Source of the DNA: an uncultured Planctomycetaceae bacterium
Lineage (GTDB): Bacteria; Planctomycetota; Planctomycetia; Pirellulales; PALSA-1355
Assembly (NCBI GenBank): GCA_964598535.1
Contig: CAZRCI010000005.1
Coordinates: 66,287 to 130,286, forward strand
Direction: 5' to 3'
DNA: 64,000 nucleotides
Below are positions 24,119-34,045 of the stretch, piece after piece (position 1 is the stretch's first letter; every line of letters starts with the position of its first letter). Below the pieces are notes generated by a model. That model saw only the letters and a program-made list of their open reading frames with translations. It made no database searches and was not told the origin of the DNA. A program made the position numbers and the translations under genes.

Positions 24119-26656
24119 ATGTACGAGCGATTTACCGATCGGGCCCGTAAGGTAATGCAACTTGCGAACCAGGAGGCCCAGCGATTTAACCACGAATACA
24201 TTGGCACGGAACACGTGCTGCTGGGCCTCATCAAAGAGGGAAGCGGCGTGGCGGCGAACGTGCTGAAGAACCTCGACGTCGATCTGCGGAAGATCCGCCT
24301 GGAAGTCGAGAAGCTGGTTCAAAGTGGCCCCGACATGGTCACCATGGGCAAACTGCCGCAAACGCCGCGGGCGAAGAAGGTCATCGAATATTCGATGGAA
24401 GAGGCCCGCAATCTGAACCACAACTACGTGGGCACCGAGCATATCCTGCTCGGCCTGTTGCGGGAGCAGGAAGGCGTCGCGGCGCAGGTGCTGATGAATC
24501 TGGGCCTGAAGCTGGAAGAAGTTCGCGAAGAGGTGCTGAACCTGCTTGGCCACGGCATCGAAGGCTCCGAAGGGGGCGAGCGTGGCGGCGCCGAGCGCGG
24601 TGGCGCGAGCGGCGAATCGCCCAAGGGCGGCAAGTCGAAGACGCCGGCCCTGGACAGCTTCGGTCGCGACCTGACGGAACTCGCCCGTCAGGGCAAGCTC
24701 GACCCGGTCATCGGGCGCGAGAAGGAGATCGAACGCGCGATTCAGATTCTCAGCCGCCGCACGAAGAACAACCCGGTGCTGCTCGGCGAGGCCGGCGTCG
24801 GCAAGACAGCCATCGTCGAAGGTTTTGCCCAGCGGGTGGTCGAAGGCAACGTGCCGGAACTGCTCGCCGATCGGCGGATCGTGGTGCTCGACTTGGCGAT
24901 GATGGTCGCCGGCACCAAGTATCGCGGTCAGTTCGAGGAACGCATCAAGGCGGTCATGAACGAAGTCCGCCGGGCGAAGAACACGATTCTGTTCATCGAC
25001 GAGTTGCACACGCTCGTAGGCGCGGGTGGCGCCGAGGGGGCGATCGACGCCTCGAACGTGCTCAAGCCGGCCCTGGCCCGCGGCGAAATCCAGTGCATCG
25101 GCGCCACGACGCTCGATGAGTACCGCAAGTACATCGAAAAGGACAGCGCGCTCGATCGCCGCTTCCAGGTCGTCATGGTCGAACCGTCGACCAAGGGTGA
25201 AACAGTCGAGATCCTCAAAGGGCTTCGCGATCGGTACGAACAGCACCACCGCGTGCAGATTACCGACGATGCCCTGGTGGCTTCGGTCGAGCTTTCGAGC
25301 CGATATATCACCGGCCGCTGCCTGCCGGATAAAGCGATTGACGTGATCGACGAGGCCGGCGCTCGCGTGCGGCTGAAGGCGATGACTCGTCCGCCCGATC
25401 TCAAGGAAATCGATTCCGAGGTGGAACGGCTGAACAAGGAGAAGGAAGAAGCCGTCGCCAATCAGGACTTCGAGCGTGCGGCGGCGCTGCGTGACCAGGC
25501 CGACAAACTCAAGAAGAAAAAGCAGAACATCACCCGCGACTGGCGCGAAAAATCGCGTGAGGCCGACGGCGTGGTGGACGAGGAAGTGGTGGCCGAAGTG
25601 GTCAGCAAGATGACCGGCATACCGCTGACTCGGATGACGACCGAGGACAGTATGCGTCTGATGCAGATGGAAGACGACCTGCATCGTCGTGTGATCAGCC
25701 AGCAAGAGGCGATCAAGAGCATCTCGAAAGCCGTGCGGCGCAGCCGCAGCGGTTTGAAGGATCCCAAACGCCCGACGGGCTGCTTCATCTTTGCCGGTCC
25801 CACGGGCGTGGGCAAAACCTTGCTTGCCAAGGCGCTGGCCGGGTTCATGTTCGGCGATGACGACGCGCTGATCCAGATCGACATGAGCGAGTACATGGAG
25901 AAGCACAACGTCAGCCGCTTGATCGGTGCTCCTCCGGGCTACGTCGGGTTCGAAGAAGGCGGTCAGTTGACCGAGAAGATTCGCCGCCGGCCGTATGCCG
26001 TGGTGCTGCTCGACGAAATCGAGAAGGCGCATCCGGACGTGTTCAACATGCTGCTTCAGGTGATGGAAGAAGGCCGTCTGACCGATAGTTTCGGCCGGAA
26101 CGTCGACTTCCGGAACGTGATTCTGATCATGACCACGAACGCCGGCGCCGAGGCGATCAAAAATGAAAGCTCCTTCGGTTTCCAGGCTCCGGACGACGAC
26201 GCGTCGTACGACAGCATGAAAACTCGGGTGATGGAGCGGATCGAACGCGTGTTCCGGCCCGAGTTCCTCAACCGCGTGGACGATGTGATCGTGTTCCGTC
26301 ATTTGACGGTCGAAGATCTGAAACGCGTGGTCGACCTGGAACTGGGGAAGGTTCGAGAACGACTGCTGGAACGTGGCCTGAAGCTGGAATTGAGCGACGA
26401 GGCCAAGACGTTCCTGATCAAAAAAGGCTCGAACACCGATTACGGCGCTCGGCCGCTACGCCGCGCGATCGAGAACTTCGTGGAGGATCCGCTGAGCGAG
26501 GAGCTACTCAAGGGCGAGTTCCAAGGCAAGGACCTGATCGTCGTCGACGTGAAGGAGGTTGGCGACAAGAAGCAACTCTTTTTCAACGGTCAGGCGACGG
26601 AAGGGGAAGAGGCGGTGGCCGCCGGCAGCGGTTCGCCCGAGAAACCTGCGGAATAG
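24119..26656 (+). CDS. clpC: ATP-dependent Clp protease ATP-binding subunit ClpC
   Basis: Start [13 protein letters not shown]. It has the Clp_N repeats, two AAA+ modules ([16 protein letters not shown]) and a UVR-like motif ([19 protein letters not shown]) between them. Confidence 0.96.
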   Translation: MYERFTDRARKVMQLANQEAQRFNHEYIGTEHVLLGLIKEGSGVAANVLKNLDVDLRKIRLEVEKLVQSGPDMVTMGKLPQTPRAKKVIEYSMEEARNLNHNYVGTEHILLGLLREQEGVAAQVLMNLGLKLEEVREEVLNLLGHGIEGSEGGERGGAERGGASGESPKGGKSKTPALDSFGRDLTELARQGKLDPVIGREKEIERAIQILSRRTKNNPVLLGEAGVGKTAIVEGFAQRVVEGNVPELLADRRIVVLDLAMMVAGTKYRGQFEERIKAVMNEVRRAKNTILFIDELHTLVGAGGAEGAIDASNVLKPALARGEIQCIGATTLDEYRKYIEKDSALDRRFQVVMVEPSTKGETVEILKGLRDRYEQHHRVQITDDALVASVELSSRYITGRCLPDKAIDVIDEAGARVRLKAMTRPPDLKEIDSEVERLNKEKEEAVANQDFERAAALRDQADKLKKKKQNITRDWREKSREADGVVDEEVVAEVVSKMTGIPLTRMTTEDSMRLMQMEDDLHRRVISQQEAIKSISKAVRRSRSGLKDPKRPTGCFIFAGPTGVGKTLLAKALAGFMFGDDDALIQIDMSEYMEKHNVSRLIGAPPGYVGFEEGGQLTEKIRRRPYAVVLLDEIEKAHPDVFNMLLQVMEEGRLTDSFGRNVDFRNVILIMTTNAGAEAIKNESSFGFQAPDDDASYDSMKTRVMERIERVFRPEFLNRVDDVIVFRHLTVEDLKRVVDLELGKVRERLLERGLKLELSDEAKTFLIKKGSNTDYGARPLRRAIENFVEDPLSEELLKGEFQGKDLIVVDVKEVGDKKQLFFNGQATEGEEAVAAGSGSPEKPAE

Positions 26657-26692
26657 CCGGTCTTCCCAAACATGTTCAGGGTGGTTGAACAG

Positions 26693-26730
26693 ACCGCCGC
26701 CCGGCCAAGCGCCGGGCGGCGGTTTTTGCT
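26693..26730 (+). terminator. Intrinsic terminator downstream of clpC
   Basis: 13-bp GC-rich stem ACCGCCGCCCGGC / GCCGGGCGGCGGT (26693-26705 / 26711-26723) with a 5-nt loop, followed by TTTTTGCTTGC. Confidence 0.85.
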
Positions 26731-27008
26731 TGCTGGATTGTTGCCCCCCGGGCCGTCGACGGATCGTCACAAGTTCGTGCCACCCCGTCTGCCAGGGTGA
26801 TAGCACGAGCGATAGCGGCAAGCCGCAAAATGGCTTCCCCGTATAATGGAAGCGTCTTCGCATCTCGCCTAACTTGTGCCGGCGTCAGAGGCCGCGACGA
26901 TCGGCAAACTTTTCTCAAGCGGTACGGTAGCCGCGACGAAAAACAAGCAGAGGGCCGCACTCCGTGCGCGCCGGGGCTGGATTTCTTGCCAACGATTGGC
27001 ACACTCGC

Positions 27009-27875
27009 ATGTCGACGCAACGCGTAACCAACACCAACCGCACGCCGGGCTTTCTGGAAGCCGCCGCCAACTGGATTTCCAGTCTGGGCGGGTTGGTGAT
27101 GAATTGGTTGCTTGCCGTCGAAGGTGTCATCGAATTCACCCTACGGATGATGGGCTGGATCTTCCGCCGCCGTCCACGGGCGGATACGCTGCTGCCAAAC
27201 TTTTACCAGGTGGGCGTGCTCAGTCTGCCGGTCGTGGCGCTGACGGGCACGTTCATTGGCATGGTGCTCGCCGTTCAAAGCCATGCGCAGTTCCGGCAAC
27301 TCAATATGGAAACGCGGCTGGGCGCAGTCATCAATATGTCGCTGGTGCGCGAGCTGGGACCAGTGCTTGCGGCCACGATGCTGGCCGGGCGCGTGGGAAG
27401 CGCCATGGCCGCGGAGTTGGGCACGATGCGCGTTACGGAACAGATCGACGCCCTGTCGAGCATGGGCGCGAACCCGATCTACTACCTGGTCGTTCCCAGA
27501 TTTTTGGCCTGCCTGATTTTGATTCCGTGTTTGACGATCATGGCCGATTTCATGGGCGTGGCCGGCGGCTATTTCTATAGTATCTACGTGCTCGATATCG
27601 ATTCGACTCACTATATGGAAAACTCGCGGAACTTTGTCGGCACATTCGACTTGTTTTCCGGAGTGTTCAAAAGCCTGTTCTTCGGAGCGGCGATCGCCGT
27701 GGTGAGCTGCTATCGAGGCTTTCACTGCGATCCGGGAGCCGAGGGCGTGGGCCGCGCCGCGACGAGTGCATTTGTGATTTCGTTCGTGCTCATCCTGATG
27801 CTCGATTTTCTGTTGGGGATCCTGCTCGACAACATATATCTGATGTTTTGGCCCGAGGGGCAACGGCTGCTTTAA
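27009..27875 (+). CDS. mlaE: MlaE-family ABC transporter permease
   Basis: Polytopic protein with MlaE-like conserved stretches (QVGVLSLPVVALTG, RELGPVLAATMLAGRVGSAMAAELGTMRVTEQIDAL). Start is uncertain (ATG 27009 or ORF-track 26964). Confidence 0.87.
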   Translation: MSTQRVTNTNRTPGFLEAAANWISSLGGLVMNWLLAVEGVIEFTLRMMGWIFRRRPRADTLLPNFYQVGVLSLPVVALTGTFIGMVLAVQSHAQFRQLNMETRLGAVINMSLVRELGPVLAATMLAGRVGSAMAAELGTMRVTEQIDALSSMGANPIYYLVVPRFLACLILIPCLTIMADFMGVAGGYFYSIYVLDIDSTHYMENSRNFVGTFDLFSGVFKSLFFGAAIAVVSCYRGFHCDPGAEGVGRAATSAFVISFVLILMLDFLLGILLDNIYLMFWPEGQRLL

Positions 27876-27923
27876 GGAGCGGCCGTGCGCAGAGACCGCG
27901 GACAATAGCGACGGTAGGCAGCG

Positions 27924-28790
27924 ATGGTCGATTTTGGCGAGAAGACACCGCAGCACGACTTGAGCCGATCGGATCGGCCGATGGTCGAACTGCGCGACGT
28001 CGATATGACGTTTGGCCGCGGCCAGGTGTTGCGCAATATCAACCTGACGATTCCGCGAGGGCAAACGCTGGTAGTCATCGGCGAGAGCGGCTGCGGAAAG
28101 ACCGTGCTACTGAAGACGATCATTGGTCTGGTGCGTCCGACTCGGGGTCAGGTGCTGTTCGATGGCAAAGATCTGGCCAAACTGAGCGAAGCGGAACTCG
28201 CCCGAGAGCGGACCAGGTTCGGATTCGTGTTTCAACTTGCGGCGCTGTTCGACAGCATGACCATCGGGCAGAACGTGGCGTTTCCGTTGCGCGAGCATAC
28301 GACGATGTCTTCGCAAGAGATCCGCGAGATCGTGCTGATGCGGCTGGCCGAAGTGGGACTGCCCGAAAGCGTGATGCGAAAAAAGCCGGCCGAGCTTTCG
28401 GGCGGTATGCGAAAGCGCGTCGGGTTGGCGCGGGCGCTAGCGCTCGATCCGGAGCTGATCTTATACGACGAGCCGACGACCGGACTGGATCCGATCATGA
28501 GCGACGTGATCAATGAGTTGATCCTTAGAACGCGGGCCGCCAGCCCCGTGACGAGCGTCGTCGTCACCCACGATATGCACACGGCTCGCAAAGTGTCCGA
28601 CCGGGTGATCATGTTGTACCCGATCTCCCGGTTGAAAGCGGATGAATCGCAGATCATCTTTGATGGCTCGGCCGAGGAGCTGAGTCGCTCGCGCGACACG
28701 CGAGTAACGCAGTTTGTCAATGGCGAGGCCGGTGAACGGCTGATGGAATTGCGGCTGCTGACGAGTTCGCAGAGTTTGCGGAAGTTTTGA
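27924..28790 (+). CDS. mlaF: MlaF-like ABC transporter ATP-binding protein
   Basis: Walker A GESGCGKT, signature LSGGMRKRVGLARA, Walker B LILYDEPTTGLD. Confidence 0.9.
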   Translation: MVDFGEKTPQHDLSRSDRPMVELRDVDMTFGRGQVLRNINLTIPRGQTLVVIGESGCGKTVLLKTIIGLVRPTRGQVLFDGKDLAKLSEAELARERTRFGFVFQLAALFDSMTIGQNVAFPLREHTTMSSQEIREIVLMRLAEVGLPESVMRKKPAELSGGMRKRVGLARALALDPELILYDEPTTGLDPIMSDVINELILRTRAASPVTSVVVTHDMHTARKVSDRVIMLYPISRLKADESQIIFDGSAEELSRSRDTRVTQFVNGEAGERLMELRLLTSSQSLRKF

Positions 28791-28850
28791 GTTTGTCGAA
28801 GAATTACGCGGCCGGGCAACGGCCACGCCGCGTCAACTGGCAGAACGGCT

Positions 28851-30074
28851 ATGGACGAACGAGTTATCAAATTCCGCGTCGGGGTGATGGTCATTGCCAC
28901 CCTGTTCATCGCGGGCATTCTCGTGCTGCTGTTCGGCGATACGCCGTCGCTGGTGCGCAACGACTATGTTATTTACATGCACTTTAGCGATGCGCCAGGC
29001 GTGACCGAAGGCACGCCGATCCGCAAGAGCGGAATTCTGATCGGACGCGTGCGAAGCGTGCGATTTGCGGAGCAGGGGGGGGTGATCGTCGAAGGAGAGA
29101 TCTTCCAAAATGTGAAGCTCTACCACAACGAAGTTCCCCAAGTGAGCGGCTCGCTGTTGGGCGGTGACGTTGTCATTCAATTCATTCGCCGCTCGTCGGC
29201 CGTGCCGATCGAGCCGGCCGCTCCGGCCGCGGAAGCGGCGATGCGCGCCCGTGATGGCAGCCTAGCCGTGCTGACTTCGGCGCAGGAGGGAGGCCAGCGT
29301 CCTGGGCAGCTTCCGGCTCCCGACCAGGAAATCAAGCCGGGCGACTACATTGAGGGTACGGTTGCACCCAGTCCGTTTCAGGTACTTAGCGGGATGCAGG
29401 GAGATCTGAACGAGGCAATCAAGGCTTTGTCGAACGCCGGTACCGAGGTGAGCAAGCTGGCCGCCAACGTCAACAAGGTGCTGGAGAGCAACGACGATCA
29501 GATCAACCGGATTATCGCCCAGACCGAGACTGCGATTTCGACGTTCCAGACGGCGATGAATAACGTCAACGAAGTGATCGGCGACCAGAAAGTCCGTGAG
29601 AACCTGAAGCAGTTGGCCGAGAGCCTGCCCCAGTTGTTCGAGGACAGCCGCGTCACGGTAAACTCACTGCGCACGACGCTCGAGGGCGTCGATCGAAATA
29701 TGCGCAACCTGGAAGGCTTTACCGCCCCGTTGGGCGAACGCGGCGAAGACATTATCGCACGCATCGATCGCACGACCGGCCAGCTCGATGAGCTGTTGGG
29801 CATCATGTCCGACTTCGGACGCAAGCTCAACAGCGGCCAGGGATCGTTCGGCAAGTTCATGACCGACCCGGATTTGTACAATAGCCTGGTGGCATCGGCC
29901 CAGAATGTCGAATGCGTGACGCGCGAGCTGCGGCCAATCATCTCCGACGTTCGCGTGTTCACGGACCGTATTGCGCGGCATCCAGAACTCTTGGGCGTGC
30001 GCGGCGCTATCCAACGCAGCCCGGGCACGAAATGGCCCGCGGCGAACTCAGAATCCGCCGGCCAGCTTCGGTAA
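28851..30074 (+). CDS. mlaD: MCE/MlaD-family substrate-binding protein with long coiled C-terminal region
   Basis: N-terminal TM anchor, then an MCE-like beta region (GTPIRKSGILIGRVRSV), then about 250 aa of helical, low-complexity sequence. Third gene of the mlaE-F-D order. Confidence 0.85.
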   Translation: MDERVIKFRVGVMVIATLFIAGILVLLFGDTPSLVRNDYVIYMHFSDAPGVTEGTPIRKSGILIGRVRSVRFAEQGGVIVEGEIFQNVKLYHNEVPQVSGSLLGGDVVIQFIRRSSAVPIEPAAPAAEAAMRARDGSLAVLTSAQEGGQRPGQLPAPDQEIKPGDYIEGTVAPSPFQVLSGMQGDLNEAIKALSNAGTEVSKLAANVNKVLESNDDQINRIIAQTETAISTFQTAMNNVNEVIGDQKVRENLKQLAESLPQLFEDSRVTVNSLRTTLEGVDRNMRNLEGFTAPLGERGEDIIARIDRTTGQLDELLGIMSDFGRKLNSGQGSFGKFMTDPDLYNSLVASAQNVECVTRELRPIISDVRVFTDRIARHPELLGVRGAIQRSPGTKWPAANSESAGQLR

Positions 30075-30113
30075 CGCCCCCCCGCTGATCGCATCCCTGC
30101 CGTCCTAGCACCG

Positions 30114-30656
30114 CTAGTTCGGAAAGATGCTACCGGGGCGAGTGGCTGGTGGTGGCGAAGCCGGCAGGCCGGGGCGCGCACTGGGTGGTCCGTTGTAGAC
30201 CGGGCCGGCCGGTGGCACGGGCAACGGTGGACCGGCTGCGGCATGACGCAGGTTCTCAGCCCGTTCTAAAAGCTGCTGCGGTGGGACAATCGTTTGCGGC
30301 TGCAATTGATATTCGACCGTGCGCTCGTCGCGGATCTCGCCTGGCACGAGATTTTCTGTGATGAAGTCTAAGCCCGGGTATTGGTACCACGGGGCGGGAA
30401 TTGGCTGCATGACCGTCAGCGTTTCATACCCGCTTTTGACGATTCGGACCTTCCGCGTGCCGTAGTAGACGAAGTCGGTAGAACAGGGAGTGGTGCCGAT
30501 CGGGTAATCGTCGATGTACACCATTGCGCCCGGCGGATTGGTGCGAATCGTCAGCCGCCGCTGCACGCAGCCGACCTGCAAGGCGCAGAGTACCACCACC
30601 AGCAGCCACAGCGAGCTGCCGAGGAGTTCTCGGCGTTGGCGGACGCGGCGTTTCAC
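30114..30656 (-). CDS. PEGA-domain exported (possibly lipo-) protein with Pro-rich tail
   Basis: A GTG start at 30656 gives MKRRVRQRRELLGSSLWLLVVVLCALQVGC, a signal peptide with Cys. PEGA-like motif RTNPPGAMVYIDDYPIG. The rest of the 424-aa ORF-track call overlaps the PP2C gene antisense. Confidence 0.75.
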   Translation of the reverse strand: MKRRVRQRRELLGSSLWLLVVVLCALQVGCVQRRLTIRTNPPGAMVYIDDYPIGTTPCSTDFVYYGTRKVRIVKSGYETLTVMQPIPAPWYQYPGLDFITENLVPGEIRDERTVEYQLQPQTIVPPQQLLERAENLRHAAAGPPLPVPPAGPVYNGPPSARPGLPASPPPATRPGSIFPN

Positions 30657-30782
30657 AGACTTGGCAGCGTTTTTGCTGAATAGCAGGGAGAAAAGGACGG
30701 GGCCGATCGGCCGGGGCGGGAGTATAGGCCTAGTCGGTCCCGCGGACCAGACCACTACTACCTCGTTTCTGGGTGGGTTAGA

Positions 30783-32132
30783 ATGGGGCTTTTGGAACGG
30801 GCGGACAAATATCGCGCGACTTTCCCCATGACCGAAGCGGCCTCCAACGCTGGCGATGCTCGCAACTCGATTGCGCATGCCGAGCTTACGGATGTGGGCC
30901 TGCGGCGCGGCAGCAACCAAGATTCGTTCGCCGTGGCGCTCGCCGCCGACGGTGCCGATTGGCGCCGGCGCGGCCACCTGTTCATGGTGGCCGATGGCAT
31001 GGGCGCTCATGCCGCCGGAGAGCTTGCCAGCAAGATCGCTTGCGAATCCGTTCCGCATACCTACCGCAAGGCTACCGATCGATCCCCTGCCGAGGCGCTG
31101 CGAAACGCCGTGAGCACGGCCAATGCCGGCATCCATACCCGAGGACAGGCCAACGCCGAGTTTCAAGGAATGGGCACGACCTGTTGCGCCCTGGTGCTGC
31201 TGCCGTGGCAAGCCCTGGTTGCCCATGTGGGGGATAGTCGCATCTATCGCCTGCGAGGTGGCAAGCTCGAACAATTGACATTCGATCACAGCCTGGTGTG
31301 GGAGATGATGGCGGCGGGGCAAATGCCGCGGGGTGACGTGGCCAACTTCATCCCTAAGAACATCATCACTCGCTCGCTCGGCCCACATCCAGATGTTTCC
31401 ATCGACCTGGAAGGCCCCTTTGCCTTGGAACCGGGGGATGTGTTTCTGTTGTGTAGCGATGGCTTGAGCGGCCAGGTGAAGGATGACGAATTAGGCGTAC
31501 TGCTCGGGGTGCTATCGCCGAGCGAAGCGGTGCGAGCGCTGGTGGATGTGGCTAATCTGCGCGGCGGGCCGGACAATATCACGGCGATCGTCGTGCGCGT
31601 CGAATCGGTGCCGGTAGCCGAGGGCGATACCAGCGTGATCGTCGAGCCCGAACGGACAGGCTCGGTGCATCCGCTGTGGTGGGGATTGGTAGCCATGGCG
31701 CTGTTGGTCGCGGTCGTCCTGGCCGGCGCGCGCTATTATACGGCGGCACTGGTAAGCGTGTTGATAGGCGCGGCAAGCGGCGTGGCGGCGCTACTTCAAG
31801 GGCTCAGCCGGCCACAAACCGCGGAAAGCGTCGACGCTCAAGGGCCACTGGGCAAAGGCCCTCACGCGACATTCAACTGCACTCCCAACGAAGAACACGC
31901 GCGGAGCGCAGCGCAGCTTGCCGCGCAACTACGGGAAGCGACGCGGAACGAGCATTGGACGCTCGATTGGACGCACTTCAACGGGTTGTGCGACACCGCT
32001 CAGCGAGCGGTCGTAGGGGGAGACTATCGCACGGCGGTACGGAACTATATCCTGGCGATCAGCTTCATGATGAGCGAGATTCGTAATCAAAAAAAAGCCG
32101 ATCCGCGTGACAAGTCCGTCTTGGATATGTGA
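30783..32132 (+). CDS. PP2C-family Ser/Thr phosphatase with TM segments and C-terminal helical domain
   Basis: PP2C motifs TDVGLRRGSNQDSF, VADGMGAHAAGE, LLCSDGL and GGPDNITAIVV. Two hydrophobic helices (WWGLVAMALLVAVVLAG and LVSVLIGAASGVAALL) are followed by a ~110-aa tail. Confidence 0.88.
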   Translation: MGLLERADKYRATFPMTEAASNAGDARNSIAHAELTDVGLRRGSNQDSFAVALAADGADWRRRGHLFMVADGMGAHAAGELASKIACESVPHTYRKATDRSPAEALRNAVSTANAGIHTRGQANAEFQGMGTTCCALVLLPWQALVAHVGDSRIYRLRGGKLEQLTFDHSLVWEMMAAGQMPRGDVANFIPKNIITRSLGPHPDVSIDLEGPFALEPGDVFLLCSDGLSGQVKDDELGVLLGVLSPSEAVRALVDVANLRGGPDNITAIVVRVESVPVAEGDTSVIVEPERTGSVHPLWWGLVAMALLVAVVLAGARYYTAALVSVLIGAASGVAALLQGLSRPQTAESVDAQGPLGKGPHATFNCTPNEEHARSAAQLAAQLREATRNEHWTLDWTHFNGLCDTAQRAVVGGDYRTAVRNYILAISFMMSEIRNQKKADPRDKSVLDM

Positions 32133-32232
32133 TGCGCCGGTGGCCGGCGCGGCTTCGGAACGCTCGCTGAAATAGGACCTCGTGTGGCCTATTCCAACCT
32201 TGCCCCACGCGGAGCCAAACTCCGCGGGCCCA

Positions 32233-33792
32233 TTAGGCCGCCAGTCGGCGGTGTGCATTGACGGCAGCTTCTGAACGGCGTGAAACCTTTCCCGCGGCTG
32301 CGTTGCTCGTGAGTGGCGTGGCGAGCATGGTTCCGCAGATTGCCGAGTACCAGAATGCCGTTCCCAGGCCGAGCAGGCCAATGCGGCCGGCGTGGTGGAG
32401 GGCGAGGTAATGGGTCAACACGAGCGCGAATGGAACGATTGCCACCACGAGCGCAAAACGCAACTTACCACTGCGCGCCAGCCACAGCGGCACAAAGATG
32501 TTGGCCGGCGCGAGAAGCACGTAGTAGTGCCCCCGGGCGATTGTGAACACCACGAGCGTCGCGGCGCATGCCAGCCCAAACACGGCGGCCTGATCTAGCC
32601 GATCTCCCCTACCTGAGAGGCGATAGCAAACGGCGAGTAGTAAGAATCCCGCCGAGGCGCGCAGGACAAAGATGACTCGCTCGGCCCAGGGGGAATCCAT
32701 GAGAAGGCCGGGACCGCCGCGGCGGCGCTGCTGGGGACCAGCGTCGTTCGGCCCGCCTGCAAATGCGTAGTGTGCCCAGTTTCCGAAGCGATAGGCGGCA
32801 TTTGCCAGGCTTTGGTTTCGGACCGTGGTCGAGTCGCCCGCAAAGTCATCTTCGTTGGTGTCTTCGGCGCGCGCAGCGACGACTCGCCACCAGGTGCCCA
32901 GGTGCGCGAGATTGGATTGCCAGCCTAGCACCGCTGCCGGCACGATTAGCAGCCAGAGCACCATGCCCAAGGCGAAACCGGCGTTTGCGCTCAGCGCCGT
33001 GGTTTGGGTATCTCGCGATCGCTGTCGCCAGGCGATCAGCATCTGTTGCACGGCGACTACGCAGGCCGGGACGACGGGCGTGATTTTGAGCGTCACCGCG
33101 AGCGCAAGCAGCCCGGCCCCACGGGCGGTTCGCCACAGGCTGTGGTTTTCGACGATCAGCCGGAAGCCCCAGAGGAGCAAGAAGAGCTTGGCGACGCCGA
33201 CCTGGCCGCGCTGCAAGCAGTTGAGAGCAGGGATGGTTGCCGCGCCCACGGCGATTGCGCCCAGCCAGGTAGGAATTCGTCCGAACGTGCCCTCCAAATA
33301 CGATTCCGGCAGGACCGTGCGTCCGAGGCGTCTCAGCTCGATGAAGCAGCCCCAGCAGGCGGCAAGTGAAATCAGAAACCAGGCATAGACCTGATCTTGG
33401 GTATCCAAGGCATGCAGCGGCGCCACTAGAATCGCGAACAGCGGCGGGTAGAGGTATCCCCAGCCGCGCGGATTGGTAACCTGGTAAGGCGGCCGGCCGT
33501 CGAAAAACGCGGCGCCGGCTTCCGTATACACCGTGAAGTCGGTCTTGTGTATCCTGGGGTCGTTGGGCTCGACGCGTCCCCGATTGCGAACGTCGAACCA
33601 TCCCCAGATCAACAGCGCGATGAGGAAACCGATGACGAACCGGCGGCGCGTTGGCCAGAGCCAATGCCGCTTGCGAGGGGCGCTGAGGCTCGCGACTGCT
33701 TCCATGCGTCTCGGCCGGGGTGAGATTTCAAGAGCGATGCGGTGGCGCATGCCTGACAGAACCGCGTGCCAGGGGGCGTGCCGCCCCGCCAC
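32233..33792 (-). CDS. GT87/DUF2029-like polytopic glycosyltransferase
   Basis: Multi-TM protein with the N-terminal loop motif DFTVYTEAGAAFFDGRPPY...YLYPPLFAILVAPL, typical of DUF2029 mannosyltransferase-like proteins. The start is uncertain because several in-frame Met codons exist. Confidence 0.8.
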   Translation of the reverse strand: MAGRHAPWHAVLSGMRHRIALEISPRPRRMEAVASLSAPRKRHWLWPTRRRFVIGFLIALLIWGWFDVRNRGRVEPNDPRIHKTDFTVYTEAGAAFFDGRPPYQVTNPRGWGYLYPPLFAILVAPLHALDTQDQVYAWFLISLAACWGCFIELRRLGRTVLPESYLEGTFGRIPTWLGAIAVGAATIPALNCLQRGQVGVAKLFLLLWGFRLIVENHSLWRTARGAGLLALAVTLKITPVVPACVVAVQQMLIAWRQRSRDTQTTALSANAGFALGMVLWLLIVPAAVLGWQSNLAHLGTWWRVVAARAEDTNEDDFAGDSTTVRNQSLANAAYRFGNWAHYAFAGGPNDAGPQQRRRGGPGLLMDSPWAERVIFVLRASAGFLLLAVCYRLSGRGDRLDQAAVFGLACAATLVVFTIARGHYYVLLAPANIFVPLWLARSGKLRFALVVAIVPFALVLTHYLALHHAGRIGLLGLGTAFWYSAICGTMLATPLTSNAAAGKVSRRSEAAVNAHRRLAA

Positions 33793-34045
33793 CCCCGGAA
33801 CCCTAGCTTGCCCCGTCCCGACGGGTCAATATCGATTCGCGCGTTGGCGACTCTGCAAGCACTTGTAGAGAGCCTGCGCGGCCGCGCTTCGATAAACGGC
33901 GCGCACCTCTATTGGTCGTATCCCGGGAGGGATGATACACTTTCCCGCCCATGAGGGCGTCCTGCAGCGACCAGGTGGTCGCAGCGGCCCTGAAACATGC
34001 CCGCCGCCAACGCGTTGAAAAGCGCCAGCGACAAGGAGGTCGCCG

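Noticed and set aside
24104-26302. 732-aa ORF antisense to clpC
   Set aside because: Shadow ORF. clpC on the plus strand is unambiguous, and the antisense translation is low-complexity and Arg/His/Ala-rich.
30657-31388. 424-aa version of the PEGA-protein ORF
   Set aside because: The N-terminal 244 codons are antisense to the PP2C phosphatase gene and look like shadow sequence. GTG 30656 yields a clean signal peptide.
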